Positions 29,634-39,942 of a stretch of DNA of 64,000 nt are shown in pieces; the first letter of the stretch is position 1; each line of letters starts with the position of its first letter. The DNA is taken from the NCBI GenBank assembly GCA_965212015.1, contig OZ243037.1, positions 1,632,001-1,696,000 on the forward strand, given 5' to 3'. Under the pieces are notes generated by a model that worked only from the letters and a program-made list of their open reading frames with translations, searched no databases and had not been told where the DNA came from. Origin of the DNA: Cenarchaeum sp. (GTDB lineage Archaea; Thermoproteota; Nitrososphaeria; Nitrososphaerales; Nitrosopumilaceae). The position numbers and the translations under genes are program-made.

Positions 29634-30892
29634 TGCTTGATCCCAGGATACTGCGCGACGAGCCGGAGAGGATCCGGCAGATGCTAAAATACAGAAATGC
29701 AGACTTTGACTTTGACGGGCTGGTAAGGGCGGACAAGGCAAGAAGGCAGTGCATGTCAGAAGCAGACGAGCAGCGCCAAAAAAGAAACAAGCTCGGCGTG
29801 CAGATATCGGAGCAAAAAAAGCTAGGCCAGGACGTGACTCTTGTCATGGCGGAAATGAAAAGAGTCTCGTCTGCCCTGGCGGGGCTAGAGTCGGCCCAGC
29901 AAAGGGCTGATGCCGCATACGCCGGGCTTGCCCGCACCGTTCCGAACATGCTTGATGCGTCAGTTCCCGTAGGTGACGAGAAATCCAACAGGGAGGTGCG
30001 GCGGTGGGGCGATGTTCCAGAGTTTGAGTTTGCGGCGCGCAACCACGTAGACCTGATGCACGAGCGGGACCTGGCAGACATTGAGAGGGCAGCCAAGGTC
30101 TCCGGTGCCAGGTTTTACTATCTCAAAGGCGACTTGGTGCGGCTCAACCAGGCACTCATAAACTATGCGCTGGACTTTCTTGCCAAAAAAGACTATTCGC
30201 TGGTGCAGCCCCCGTACATGATAAACCGCAAGTCCATGGAGGGCGCCACAATAGCAGAAGAGTTCGACGACGTCATATACAAGATACAGGACGACGACTT
30301 GTATCTTATCGGCACGTCTGAGCACGCCCTTGCCGCCATGCACCAAAACGAGATACTCGACGGCAAGGCACTTCCGGTGCGGTATGCGGGAATCAGCCCG
30401 TGCTTTAGAAGGGAGGCCGGCTCCCACGGCCGGGATCAAAAGGGGATATTCCGGGTGCACCAGTTCGACAAGATTGAACAGTTTGTATTCTCCAGGCCGG
30501 AGGACTCGCAAAAAGAGCACGAAAAAATGATCAGAGTCGCCGAAGAGTTCTACCGGGCCCTTGAAATCCCGCACAGAGTCGTGCTGCTCTCAAGCCAGGA
30601 CATGGGCAAGACATCTGCCAAGACGTACGACATTGAGGGCTGGATGGCCGGCCAGAACGCCTACAGGGAGGTCGTGTCGTGCTCGAACTGCCTTGACTTT
30701 CAGTCAAGAAGACTGGCCATCAGGTTCCGCGACAGCACCGATGCAGAGACGCAGTACGTGCACACGCTCAACGGCACGGTGGTGGCAACAACCAGAATAC
30801 TGGTGGCGATACTTGAGAACCTCCAGACTGCCAGCTCGAAAATAGGGATACCTGCCGTATTACAGGACTATATGGGCCAGGACTCGCTGTGA
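29633..30892 (+). CDS. serS: Serine--tRNA ligase
   Basis: LIGTSE, FRREAG..RVHQF, EVVSCSNC and HTLNGT motifs. Confidence 0.97.
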   Translation: MLDPRILRDEPERIRQMLKYRNADFDFDGLVRADKARRQCMSEADEQRQKRNKLGVQISEQKKLGQDVTLVMAEMKRVSSALAGLESAQQRADAAYAGLARTVPNMLDASVPVGDEKSNREVRRWGDVPEFEFAARNHVDLMHERDLADIERAAKVSGARFYYLKGDLVRLNQALINYALDFLAKKDYSLVQPPYMINRKSMEGATIAEEFDDVIYKIQDDDLYLIGTSEHALAAMHQNEILDGKALPVRYAGISPCFRREAGSHGRDQKGIFRVHQFDKIEQFVFSRPEDSQKEHEKMIRVAEEFYRALEIPHRVVLLSSQDMGKTSAKTYDIEGWMAGQNAYREVVSCSNCLDFQSRRLAIRFRDSTDAETQYVHTLNGTVVATTRILVAILENLQTASSKIGIPAVLQDYMGQDSL

Positions 30893-30986
30893 GCGGGCAC
30901 GCAGCATTCCGGCACTAGGCAAACCGCACCGCATGATGATTTTTTTTTAATAATCATACTGATATGGCGCGCGCCGGACCATTGGC

Positions 30987-31208
30987 ATGGACCAAACGCC
31001 AGAAAAAAGGGCCAGCTCTGCATGGTACCTGATGCCGATATTTTTCGGGATAATTGGCGGGATTATTGCCTGGGCAGTTACCCGGGGCAATGACCCCTCA
31101 AAGGCCAAAAAATTCCTGATTGTGGGGATTATATTTCTGGTAATAGAGATTGTCCTTATTGTCGCGTACTTTGGCGCCCTGCTCTTCGCACCGCTGCTCA
31201 TAACCTGA
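30987..31208 (+). CDS. Small two-TM membrane protein
   Basis: WYLMPIFFGIIGGIIAW...KAKKFLIVG. Confidence 0.75.
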   Translation: MDQTPEKRASSAWYLMPIFFGIIGGIIAWAVTRGNDPSKAKKFLIVGIIFLVIEIVLIVAYFGALLFAPLLIT

Positions 31209-31285
31209 CTTTTTGCGCCCCAGTCCGGCAAGCAAAGCCCGTGCCTCGCATACCCTTATATCTTGGATTTGAAGGTCGTAACTAA

Positions 31286-31897
31286 TTGGCGCGCAGAAAG
31301 ACCCGGGTAAAGGACAAGTGGCGGGAAAAAAAATGGATCACGGTTCATGCGCCGGACTCGTTTAACAACGTGCCCCTGGCGTACGTGCCGATTACCAGCG
31401 AGGAGACCTCCGGCGGCAGGGTCATCGAAGTCACCCTGTTTGACATTCTAAAGGGGGATCCGTCCCAGCACCAGTACAAGATGTATTTTCAAATAGACAA
31501 GGTGACAGGCGACAAGGCCACCAGCATCTTCAAGAGGTACGAGTATGCAAAGGAGTTTTTGCGAAGCCTTGTGAGGCGCGGATCGTCAAAGATTACATTC
31601 ATCATGGACGCGCAGACAAGTGACGGCTATATATTCCGCCTAAAGATAATCGCCCTTACCCACAGAAAGCTCAACACGTCAAGACAGCGCGCGCTGCGGC
31701 TGATCACAAAGAACGTCATAGAAAACAGCATTCCAGAGATGACAATCGATCAGTTCGTCCAGGCCACGTGCTATGGAAAGATCAATTCCGACATAATGGC
31801 CGCCGCCAAGAAACTGGTCCGCATGAGGCACGTGGGCCTTGAAAAGGTAAAGCTTGTAAAGACCGCACAGGAACAGATCGCCCTGCTAAAGGCATAA
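31286..31897 (+). CDS. rps3ae: 30S ribosomal protein S3Ae
   Basis: KDKWREKKW and LRSLVRRGSSKI motifs. Confidence 0.95.
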   Translation: MARRKTRVKDKWREKKWITVHAPDSFNNVPLAYVPITSEETSGGRVIEVTLFDILKGDPSQHQYKMYFQIDKVTGDKATSIFKRYEYAKEFLRSLVRRGSSKITFIMDAQTSDGYIFRLKIIALTHRKLNTSRQRALRLITKNVIENSIPEMTIDQFVQATCYGKINSDIMAAAKKLVRMRHVGLEKVKLVKTAQEQIALLKA

Positions 31898-31900
31898 TCC

Positions 31901-32323
31901 ATGTCCCAGGCCAAAGTCACCATAAATGCAATCATACACGCAACTGAGGACTCGAAAAAACTCTATGACTCCTTTGAGAGGGTGCTCGGCGCGGCTCCCG
32001 GTACATTTGCCATACAGGACACGACGGGCCACTATGGAAACCCGATAACCCTGCTTGACGCAAAGCTGACGCGCGGGGACGCAGTACGCCTCATAGACCG
32101 GCTCGTCAAAAGCATGCCGGCCGGAATGTGCGACGGGATAATAGACGAGCTCGACGAGCTTGTATCCAAATCCGGACTTCACCTGAGGTTCGACAAGCAA
32201 GAGTTTGTCGGCGGCAGGCTCGTTCCAGGAGAGGCAAGCGCAATCAAGATAAGAATCTATACGCCCGTATACGACAAGAAAAATACCGCCGAGTCCTATA
32301 CGGAGCTGCTTGATGGGACATGA
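31901..32323 (+). CDS. Archaeal RNA-binding protein (DUF54-like)
   Basis: HATED, GHYGNPI and LRFDKQ motifs. Confidence 0.85.
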   Translation: MSQAKVTINAIIHATEDSKKLYDSFERVLGAAPGTFAIQDTTGHYGNPITLLDAKLTRGDAVRLIDRLVKSMPAGMCDGIIDELDELVSKSGLHLRFDKQEFVGGRLVPGEASAIKIRIYTPVYDKKNTAESYTELLDGT

Positions 32324-33003
32324 TTGTGCCCTTGCAGGTGCATGATGCGCGGGAACACGGTACTACACAATGACTGCCCAAATTTTCCGGGGATCCGGGT
32401 TTTGCACGGCAGGTGCAATGGCGGAAGGACCGGCCAAAACACCCGTGGACTGAGATCCTCCGGCGTGAGGGCTCGCACCCGTATGCCTGTCCTGAATCTG
32501 GCGCATCCGTCACTCCCGGAATCGAAATCCAGTCCCGCCCTGATGCCGCATGCCACTGTATGATTCCATCCGGCAAGATTGGTGCAAATTCTGCATCTGT
32601 CAGTCTTGGAAAGAGCCGTTCCATCTTGGGATGGACTGTTTTATCGGAATCATGTGAAACCTCTTACATTCTTTTGTCAGACGGTGTAATCCGCACACCA
32701 GTGATGGCAGGCCCTCCGGCGTGACGCAAGGTATTGCGGCGTGCCGTCCTGAATCCCGCTATACTGAATTTTGCTATACTGTGATTGACAATACCAGAAT
32801 CGCAGACGTACGGCCCGTCGCATTCTTGCACCGGCGCATCATTTCCCATTATACACAAAATGCCATCAGGGGGCGATTGTGCCAGAATGCCCTGCCGGGA
32901 TTGTCTTTTTCATCATACAGTAAACAGGGAACCAGTGGCCAGTCGAAAAAGCCGGGAATTGACCAAAATTTGGGCATATTTATACTAGGGCTCTGATTAT
33001 ATG

Positions 33004-33063
33004 ATTTTAATATCAAATTAGTATAAAACTATATAAAGAAATATACTAAATTGATATTAAAAT
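33004..33063 (+). promoter_or_regulatory. 22-bp inverted-repeat operator flanking a TATA box
   Basis: Arms 33004-33025 and 33042-33063 are 21/22 complementary; the 16-bp spacer contains TATATAAA starting 32 nt before ATG 33062. Confidence 0.85.
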
Positions 33064-34150
33064 GAATATTACATCAATCCGATTGTTAAAGTCACTCATC
33101 ATGGGGCCAAAGGAATCCGGGGCATTAGTGAAGATACTGGGAATAAAGCAACAGCGGTTGGCACAAATCATAGAAAACCTCTGCAAGCAGGACTATGTAA
33201 AAAAAGACGGCAAAATAGTCCGACTGGAGACGAACTCAAAGACTGCCTTTCTCAAGGCCGTATCGAGGATTGTCGACATTGAAATGCTTCTTTGCAAGTC
33301 AAACGCGACTGTAATATCCTGTATGGTCGAGCCGATCAGAATGGATCATCTGATTCAAAAAACGGGATTTTCGGCAGTCACTGTACACAGGGCAATATCT
33401 GATCTTCGCTCAATAGGTGCGATAACGAAAAAAGGTGCCGTGGTAAAAATCAACGATGCAAAAAAACCCCTGATCCTGTTTGCAAGCCTGCTAAAGGCTG
33501 AAATGGACGAAAAATATGCAAACGAGGGCACAGAAATAATATTTGTCAGTACTTCAAAAATCCTAAAAAGAGTTCCAGCCGGCAAGATTGCAAAAGGCGA
33601 GACTACCGCCTTTTCACTCTTTTCTGATTTTGACGTGGAATATCTAACCGTCCACGATTATTTTTCCGAGCAATCATACGAGATGGATGTGCAGGACGTC
33701 CTGATCGACGCAGTATGTGCGTCCAAATTTGCAGGGGATCGATTGGGCCTGTTGATGTGTATAATTTTTTACATTCGTCATAAAGACAAGATGGATATAT
33801 TTCAGCTGCGAAAAAAAGCCTCAAAATTAGAAATATCCGAGATCTGGCTTGACATCGAATCGTATGTGCGCAGAACAGGGTTGAAAAATCCAGAATTGTT
33901 CCTTCCATGGGAGGAATTCCTTGAAAAAGCGGCATTGTATGACGTGTTGCCGGAAAAATACATGCTGCCAAAACCCAGCGATCTGTTCAAAGAGATTGGG
34001 GATCATCTGGAAAGCCCAATCGTGGTTTATCTGTTTGGGGGGGAAAATATGAGGATTAAAAAGCTGAAACAAAGTACAAAGGACTGTGATATCGTGGTAA
34101 AAGACAAGAACACATATGATGAAATGGAAAAAATCCTCACAAAAAACTAG
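33062..34150 (+). CDS. Tandem winged-HTH protein plus the N-terminal part of a nucleotidyltransferase (0-frame of a split gene)
   Basis: Two HTH-like segments; ends with YLFGGENM...TKDCDIVV (Pol-beta-type GG/DxD); stops at A AAA AAC TAG. Confidence 0.75.
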   Translation: MNITSIRLLKSLIMGPKESGALVKILGIKQQRLAQIIENLCKQDYVKKDGKIVRLETNSKTAFLKAVSRIVDIEMLLCKSNATVISCMVEPIRMDHLIQKTGFSAVTVHRAISDLRSIGAITKKGAVVKINDAKKPLILFASLLKAEMDEKYANEGTEIIFVSTSKILKRVPAGKIAKGETTAFSLFSDFDVEYLTVHDYFSEQSYEMDVQDVLIDAVCASKFAGDRLGLLMCIIFYIRHKDKMDIFQLRKKASKLEISEIWLDIESYVRRTGLKNPELFLPWEEFLEKAALYDVLPEKYMLPKPSDLFKEIGDHLESPIVVYLFGGENMRIKKLKQSTKDCDIVVKDKNTYDEMEKILTKN

Positions 34151-35190
34151 GCTACAAGGCCGTAATGAAAAGGGAATATTCGGACGAGGATGGCAGGATA
34201 AATCCCGATGATATCTTTGTTCATCCCGAAAGGAGCAGAGTGGATTTATTCACGATAAAGGTAATGCGGGACTTGTCGCTATCTGTTGATATGCAAAAAG
34301 CGGCCGATCTGCTGCACTATGGCAAATTAAGAGTCGGCCTGCTAAGAAACGAGCACGTCTTTGTTCTCAAGGCGATGGCAGGCAGAGAGGGAGACATACA
34401 GGACATGGATGCTCTGGTACGTAAAAGTCCTGATGGGCCGCAAGAGCTCAACCACGGCAAGTTTGACTGGGATGCGGTTTGGAGCGAAATTCTCTTGCAG
34501 GAGCGCATCAATCCGGTCCGGAATTTTACAGTCGCACTATTTGAGAGCATTTCGTATCTGGAGAATCAGACGGGCACAAGGGCCCCGTTTATGGACAAGC
34601 TAAGAAGGCGCGTAATAGATATCATGCTAGGAATCCTGCTGAGGGAGGGCTGCCAACCCGTCTCACACATTGTGGATCTGCTAATCGGGGAGGATATCAC
34701 CGAAACGCGAATTCGAAACAGGATAGATTCACTAGCACGTGTGGGTGTCATAGAAAGACTCCAAATCGGAAAAACCAAACACATCAGGTTAACGACTGGC
34801 GGTGAATTTACCAGACCAAACTGGAAAATAACGGATCAAAATCTGAGGGCCTATCTGGATTGGAGGTTCAATCAAAGACAAAAGGATATTCTCAACGTGC
34901 CTGATTTTGTCGGGGAGCTAACCGGGTTGGGATTTCAAAGAATCGGAGAGATTGATGAAATTATAAGAAATACCTCCGATATTTTGCTACAGTATGAAAA
35001 GGAACAAACAAAGGATCATAGCGATATAGATGCGACAAAGATTTGCATAGGAATGGTTTTCCCAAAAATCGGCACGATACCGTCATCTGGTTATTTCATA
35101 ACTGAATTTGACAGGTATTATACAATCATAAGAAAAAACGTGCCTGCCAGCTTGCTAAAAATGCTGAATCATCTGGGTGCACAAAAATAG
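34147..35190 (+). CDS. C-terminal part of a DUF6036/AbiEii-like nucleotidyltransferase (-1 frame continuation; internal ATG 34165)
   Basis: LGY..RVDLF..VLKAMAGREGDIQD continues the domain begun in the upstream ORF. Confidence 0.7.
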   Translation, partial: LGYKAVMKREYSDEDGRINPDDIFVHPERSRVDLFTIKVMRDLSLSVDMQKAADLLHYGKLRVGLLRNEHVFVLKAMAGREGDIQDMDALVRKSPDGPQELNHGKFDWDAVWSEILLQERINPVRNFTVALFESISYLENQTGTRAPFMDKLRRRVIDIMLGILLREGCQPVSHIVDLLIGEDITETRIRNRIDSLARVGVIERLQIGKTKHIRLTTGGEFTRPNWKITDQNLRAYLDWRFNQRQKDILNVPDFVGELTGLGFQRIGEIDEIIRNTSDILLQYEKEQTKDHSDIDATKICIGMVFPKIGTIPSSGYFITEFDRYYTIIRKNVPASLLKMLNHLGAQK

Positions 35191-35656
35191 CCACACGTGC
35201 GAGAAAAACCCCCCCAACACGCGCCCTTGCACACTGAATTAATCCGTATTTTTGACTGCTCAAAAAACCTCCGTTTTGTAACCCGGTCTGGCAGAATATA
35301 CACCATTGGTCAGAAAAAACACGACCTATGGGGATACGGGATATACAGAGATATCCAAAATGATCAGCAGGCGGGCCGCCACGGATTTCGGTTAAAAAAC
35401 CACAATGATATCAGGCGTGACAAAGGAATCTGCCGGTACGGATGCGGCACGAGACTGGCAGAAAACCACACCCGGTACCAACTAAGATAAATAGGATCCG
35501 GCACGCCCACACTCTGGGAATGAGGAAATAAAAGCCGCTCCAGTCTGAGCCAAAGCATTGAAGACGCCGCGACGAACCGACCCGTAATTATTCAAGACGC
35601 ACATCCCCTGGCGCCGATAGGCAAACTTTTAGACATCCGGCCCGTAATCCAGACCG

Positions 35657-36034
35657 TTGTCCAGACTGCTGTTGTGGCTCTCAATGCTCGTAGTGGCAGT
35701 ATCCGTGGGATACCTGCTAGACGAAAGGCCGCCTGACGAGCCGCTAGAAGTTGCAACAATGGCCGAAGAACCAGCACCTGCGGCGGCAAGGTCGGGACAC
35801 GCGCAGGCTACAAAGTCGCAGACGGTGACCGAAGAGGCAAAGCTGTGGTTTTATGACGATACGCTAAACGCGGCGGGATCCGGCAGTCCGGACAGGACAT
35901 TTACGCATCTTGCGGGGCAGCGCGAGCCGTTCGTATACCCGGTCCAGGAGAGGAACTTTGAGTGGCCCCAAGTCGGCCTGTGGGACAGTCCCAGAGTCAA
36001 CGAAATCGACACTCCGGCTCATGCGGAGATGTGA
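35657..36034 (+). CDS. Membrane-anchored hypothetical protein
   Basis: N-terminal hydrophobic helix; 125 aa. Confidence 0.5.
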   Translation: MSRLLLWLSMLVVAVSVGYLLDERPPDEPLEVATMAEEPAPAAARSGHAQATKSQTVTEEAKLWFYDDTLNAAGSGSPDRTFTHLAGQREPFVYPVQERNFEWPQVGLWDSPRVNEIDTPAHAEM

Positions 36035-36086
36035 CGCGCAAGTCTCGCACCTGCCAAGATTGTTTTAAATACGGATTGCCAAACGG

Positions 36087-37550
36087 ATGGTTGTGGCAGA
36101 CTATGACGTCATTGTAGCCGGCGGGGGACTGGCCGGAACAGTTGCGGCCCAATCGGTTTCACACTATTCCAATGGCGGCATGAGCGTGCTGGTAATAGAC
36201 CGCAGCCCAGAGTTCATGCCGGGCAGCAAGAGCATCTCTGGATGGATCTGCGGCGACGCAGTAAGCAAGGAGGCAGTCGACTATATGTCAGAAAATATCG
36301 GCGTGCAGTGGGGGGATCCCGAGATCGAGCACAAGGTAAAGGGCGTGATGGCCTTTTCGCCGGACAGGGAGACGTCGATTCCTTTTGACGGGGACGGATA
36401 CATGCTAAACAGGCAGCTTCTCCCCGAGCGGCAAAACGAGCGCTCAAAAAAGATGGGAATCGACTTTGCATTCGAGATAAACCTGACGAGCCTGATTTAT
36501 GACGGCAACCAAATAGTCGGCGTGCAGGGAATCGACACAAAGACAAGGCAGCCGTTCAAAAAGACATCCAAGGTGGTAATTGACGCCACCGGAATGACCT
36601 CGATGCTGCGCAACCAGATCAAAAACACCACCAAAATGGAAAAAAAGATCGACCGCACCGACGTGGAATCGACCGGACGGCACATCATGTACTTTGAGGA
36701 CGGCCAAAAGGATCTGACCGAGTTTGATCCGGACTATTGCATAATACACCTTGACCAGGACATAGCGCCGGGCGGATACGGATGGGTCTTTCCAAAGGCC
36801 GACAACAAGGTCAACATCGGCCTCGGGGTGGAAAAGACGCTGCTAGAAAAGCGCAACAAGAGATTGGGAAAAAGCGACAATGTCTCGATGCTAATCGACC
36901 AGTACGTGGAGAGAAACGGGGCCATACGCAATCCAGTGCTGTCAGGTGACCTGGTGGACAAGAACAATGCGACTGGAAACTTTCAGGTCTCCGTGCGGAG
37001 GCAAAACGACTGCATGGTGGCAAACGGCTTTGTCATTGTGGGAGACTCTGCCTGGATGCCAAAGCCGCTTGACGCAGGCGGAATCGGTCCTGCGCTGGTT
37101 GCCGGCACTATAGTGGGCAAGTGCGTGACTGACGCCATCCAGTCCGGCGACGTCACAGAAAGGGGGCTGTGGAAGTACAACAAGGAGTTCATAAACGAGT
37201 ACGGCTACAAGACTGCCGGCCTTGAGATTTTTCGCAGGCTGATACAGACGCTTACAAACGATCAAATCAACTATGGCATGAAGCATTTCCTGGGAAACCT
37301 GGACGTCGAGGCAATATCCAAGGGGGAGCATCCGGACTTTGGTGCCCTGGGAAAGATTGGCATGATTATACGGGGCGCGATGAACAAGACCCTTGCAGGC
37401 GGCCTGCGCTTTACCACGCAGCAAAACAAGCTGCTCACGCAGCACTATTACGACTATCCGGACTCGCCTGACGGATTCGAGCAGTGGGGTGCAAAGCTCC
37501 ACAGGATACTTGACGAGTCCAACGAGCAGCTTGCAAGATTCCAAAACTAA
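36087..37550 (+). CDS. Digeranylgeranylglycerophospholipid reductase-like (GGR family)
   Basis: GGGLAG, ICGDAV, PGGYGWVFPK and VGDSA..P..AGGI motifs. Confidence 0.9.
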   Translation: MVVADYDVIVAGGGLAGTVAAQSVSHYSNGGMSVLVIDRSPEFMPGSKSISGWICGDAVSKEAVDYMSENIGVQWGDPEIEHKVKGVMAFSPDRETSIPFDGDGYMLNRQLLPERQNERSKKMGIDFAFEINLTSLIYDGNQIVGVQGIDTKTRQPFKKTSKVVIDATGMTSMLRNQIKNTTKMEKKIDRTDVESTGRHIMYFEDGQKDLTEFDPDYCIIHLDQDIAPGGYGWVFPKADNKVNIGLGVEKTLLEKRNKRLGKSDNVSMLIDQYVERNGAIRNPVLSGDLVDKNNATGNFQVSVRRQNDCMVANGFVIVGDSAWMPKPLDAGGIGPALVAGTIVGKCVTDAIQSGDVTERGLWKYNKEFINEYGYKTAGLEIFRRLIQTLTNDQINYGMKHFLGNLDVEAISKGEHPDFGALGKIGMIIRGAMNKTLAGGLRFTTQQNKLLTQHYYDYPDSPDGFEQWGAKLHRILDESNEQLARFQN

Positions 37551-37581
37551 TTTATTTGTAAAGCGGCAGAAACATCCATTG

Positions 37582-38376
37582 ATGCAGGACGCCGCATACC
37601 TTGACTGGAACAGATCCTTTGAGACGCTAGAGATGGCGCACAGGGCCGGCCTTTTTGCGCTGATAATAGGCCCCAAGGGGACCGGCAAGACGACGCTGGT
37701 CCGGGATTTTGCAAGGACAAAGTCGGCAAAGCTGGACTCTATTAACTTTAGCCTGCGGACCAGGGAGAGCCATTTGGTGGGGACAAAGACGCTTGACTCG
37801 GGCTCTGTCGGCTTTGATGAGGGCCTGCTGGTAAAGTCCATGAGGGAGGGCAGCATGCTGTATCTTGACGAGATAAACGCAGCCGAGGCAGACGTGCTGC
37901 TCAGGCTGGATGAGGCGCTAGACGACAGGAGGCAGCTAGTCCTAAAGGAGGCCGACGGCGAGACGGTGAGGGCGAGTCCGGACTGGTTTGTCGTTGCCAC
38001 CATAAACCCGCTGACGCACGTGGGAACAAAGGAGCTTCCCCCGCAGCTGCTCAGCAGGTTTCCCGTGCGAATAAGGCTGGAATATCCGCCAGAGGAGACC
38101 GAACTGCAGATAGTAAAAAGCCACGCCCCTGATGCCGATGATGACGACCTGATGCGCGCAATAAAGCTTGCAAACACCCTGAGGCAGGCAGCCGCAGTGG
38201 AGGAGATTGACTATTCGCCCAGCCTGCGGGAGACCATATCGTACGGCGTGCTTTTGGGAATGGGCACGTCGGCAAGGGACGCGGCAGATATCATTTTTGG
38301 CAACGTATACGCGCAGTGGGGGGACCTAGAGTACCAAAAGGTCGGCGACATTATAACGTCAATGTTTGGAAGCTAA
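37582..38376 (+). CDS. MoxR/CbbQ/NirQ-type AAA+ ATPase
   Basis: GPKGTGKT, LYLDEIN, ATINP and LSRF motifs. Confidence 0.92.
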   Translation: MQDAAYLDWNRSFETLEMAHRAGLFALIIGPKGTGKTTLVRDFARTKSAKLDSINFSLRTRESHLVGTKTLDSGSVGFDEGLLVKSMREGSMLYLDEINAAEADVLLRLDEALDDRRQLVLKEADGETVRASPDWFVVATINPLTHVGTKELPPQLLSRFPVRIRLEYPPEETELQIVKSHAPDADDDDLMRAIKLANTLRQAAAVEEIDYSPSLRETISYGVLLGMGTSARDAADIIFGNVYAQWGDLEYQKVGDIITSMFGS

Positions 38377-39915
38377 ATGCGCACAAGCACCAGAAACGAC
38401 ACGGTAATACAGGTGGGAACGTTTCTTGCCAGACGGTGGTCTGGCAACCCGCGGGTGACCCTGGAATTTTCCCGCTCAGGCGAGACTAGGACCAGGCTTG
38501 CAGACGCCCGGATAACGCTGCCGTCTACTGACAGGATGCAGGGAGACGACTTTGAGCGATACCGGCAGCTCAGGGCGGTACTCTGGTACGAGTCGATGCG
38601 CTTTAGGTTCTGCGAAAAGATATTCAGCAACGATCACGCCTTTGGATTCGTGCTCAACGCAATAGAGACCAGGAGAATCGAGCTGCTGGGGAGGAGGGAC
38701 TGGCGCGGAATGGACGGCGAGATTGCATTCAACTATATCCACCAGTGGGATTACAGGCCGCCGCTTGACTCTGTGTACGGCAAGGCAAGGATTGTGGAGG
38801 GGTTTTACCAGCTGTTCCTGTTCGGGCAGATAAAGGGCGAGATTGCCGCAAACCAGTCCAAAAGGATAACGCAGGCAGCAAGGCTTGCCGGTACGGTTCT
38901 CGACGAGGCAGTAAGGGACGGCCACGGAACCATATGGATTGAAAAAAAAATCCCGGAAATTATTAAAATCCTGGACGTCGACTCGCTCTTTACAATCCCG
39001 ATATCGCTGCCCTGGATGAGGCGTGATGTGCCGGTGACAAGAAAAGAGTCGCGCATGGCCATGCTCAAGATATCCCGGTACGGGGGCGCCGAGTACAAGG
39101 TTGATCCCGGCTCTGCAATGCGCGGAAGTGACATTGGGGACGAATACAGGATGCTGGTCGAAAAGCAGGACAGGGCTTTTGAGCCGATCGGGGTTCGGAT
39201 TCCGCCAAGGACAGACATTGACGAGACTGCAATATGCGATCTGGATTTGATAAGCAGGCTAAAGACAAAATTCAAGGACTGGAAGTCCGGGTGGAGCGAG
39301 GAGCGCCTGCCGACTGGAGATGAGTTTGACGCTGAAGCGCACATTGAGGGATTGGAGCCGTTTTTTGCCGACATGAAAAAGACGGTAAGGACCAGAATCG
39401 TAATCCTGCTGGATCACTCCTCGAGCATTGCCAGTAATGAGACAGGGTACAAAAAGGCGACGCACGCGCTCTGCGAGGTGCTCGCATACCTCAAGATAGG
39501 CTTTGCCGTGTACGCCTTTAGCACCGTAAACAAGGAGGTGGTGTGCTGGCTGATAAAGTCCGACGCGCAGGGGTGGAACAATGTCTGCGCCAAGAGACTG
39601 GCGCAGATTTCTGCCAACGGCTCCACGCCGCTCGGCGAGGTGTACGAAAAGATGCACAAGATTTTACAGTCAAAAAAGCCCGACATCTTTTTGAGCCTGA
39701 CAGACGGCGAGCCCTCAGATCCGGATGCCGTGCGCTCCATGATACGCTCCCTTAGGGCTATGGGAATCGGCATGGTGGCACTCGGCCTCGGCTCTGACAC
39801 GCTAAGGGCGACGGCCATTGCGTCGAACCTGCGGGGGCTGGGGTATGAGCGGACGCTGGCAGTGGGCAGACTCGCCGACATTCCCGGCAGGGTGCTCGGG
39901 GTGATTAGGGGCTAG
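38377..39915 (+). CDS. vWA-domain partner of the MoxR ATPase
   Basis: MIDAS DHSSS, GSTP and LTDGEP motifs. Confidence 0.9.
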   Translation: MRTSTRNDTVIQVGTFLARRWSGNPRVTLEFSRSGETRTRLADARITLPSTDRMQGDDFERYRQLRAVLWYESMRFRFCEKIFSNDHAFGFVLNAIETRRIELLGRRDWRGMDGEIAFNYIHQWDYRPPLDSVYGKARIVEGFYQLFLFGQIKGEIAANQSKRITQAARLAGTVLDEAVRDGHGTIWIEKKIPEIIKILDVDSLFTIPISLPWMRRDVPVTRKESRMAMLKISRYGGAEYKVDPGSAMRGSDIGDEYRMLVEKQDRAFEPIGVRIPPRTDIDETAICDLDLISRLKTKFKDWKSGWSEERLPTGDEFDAEAHIEGLEPFFADMKKTVRTRIVILLDHSSSIASNETGYKKATHALCEVLAYLKIGFAVYAFSTVNKEVVCWLIKSDAQGWNNVCAKRLAQISANGSTPLGEVYEKMHKILQSKKPDIFLSLTDGEPSDPDAVRSMIRSLRAMGIGMVALGLGSDTLRATAIASNLRGLGYERTLAVGRLADIPGRVLGVIRG

Positions 39916-39942
39916 GAAAATCCTAAATGTGGCCTGAATTGT

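Noticed and set aside
32500-32860. Specific call of an IS1/IS6-like transposase pseudogene
   Set aside because: Only vague Cys-containing fragments; no DDE motif or terminal repeats that I can verify
36942-38177. Long antisense ORFs (e.g. 411 aa here; 9339-10031, 13520-14212, 29377-30096, 39912-40907)
   Set aside because: Shadow frames of well-supported genes in GC-rich coding DNA; Ser/Pro/Arg-rich and motif-free
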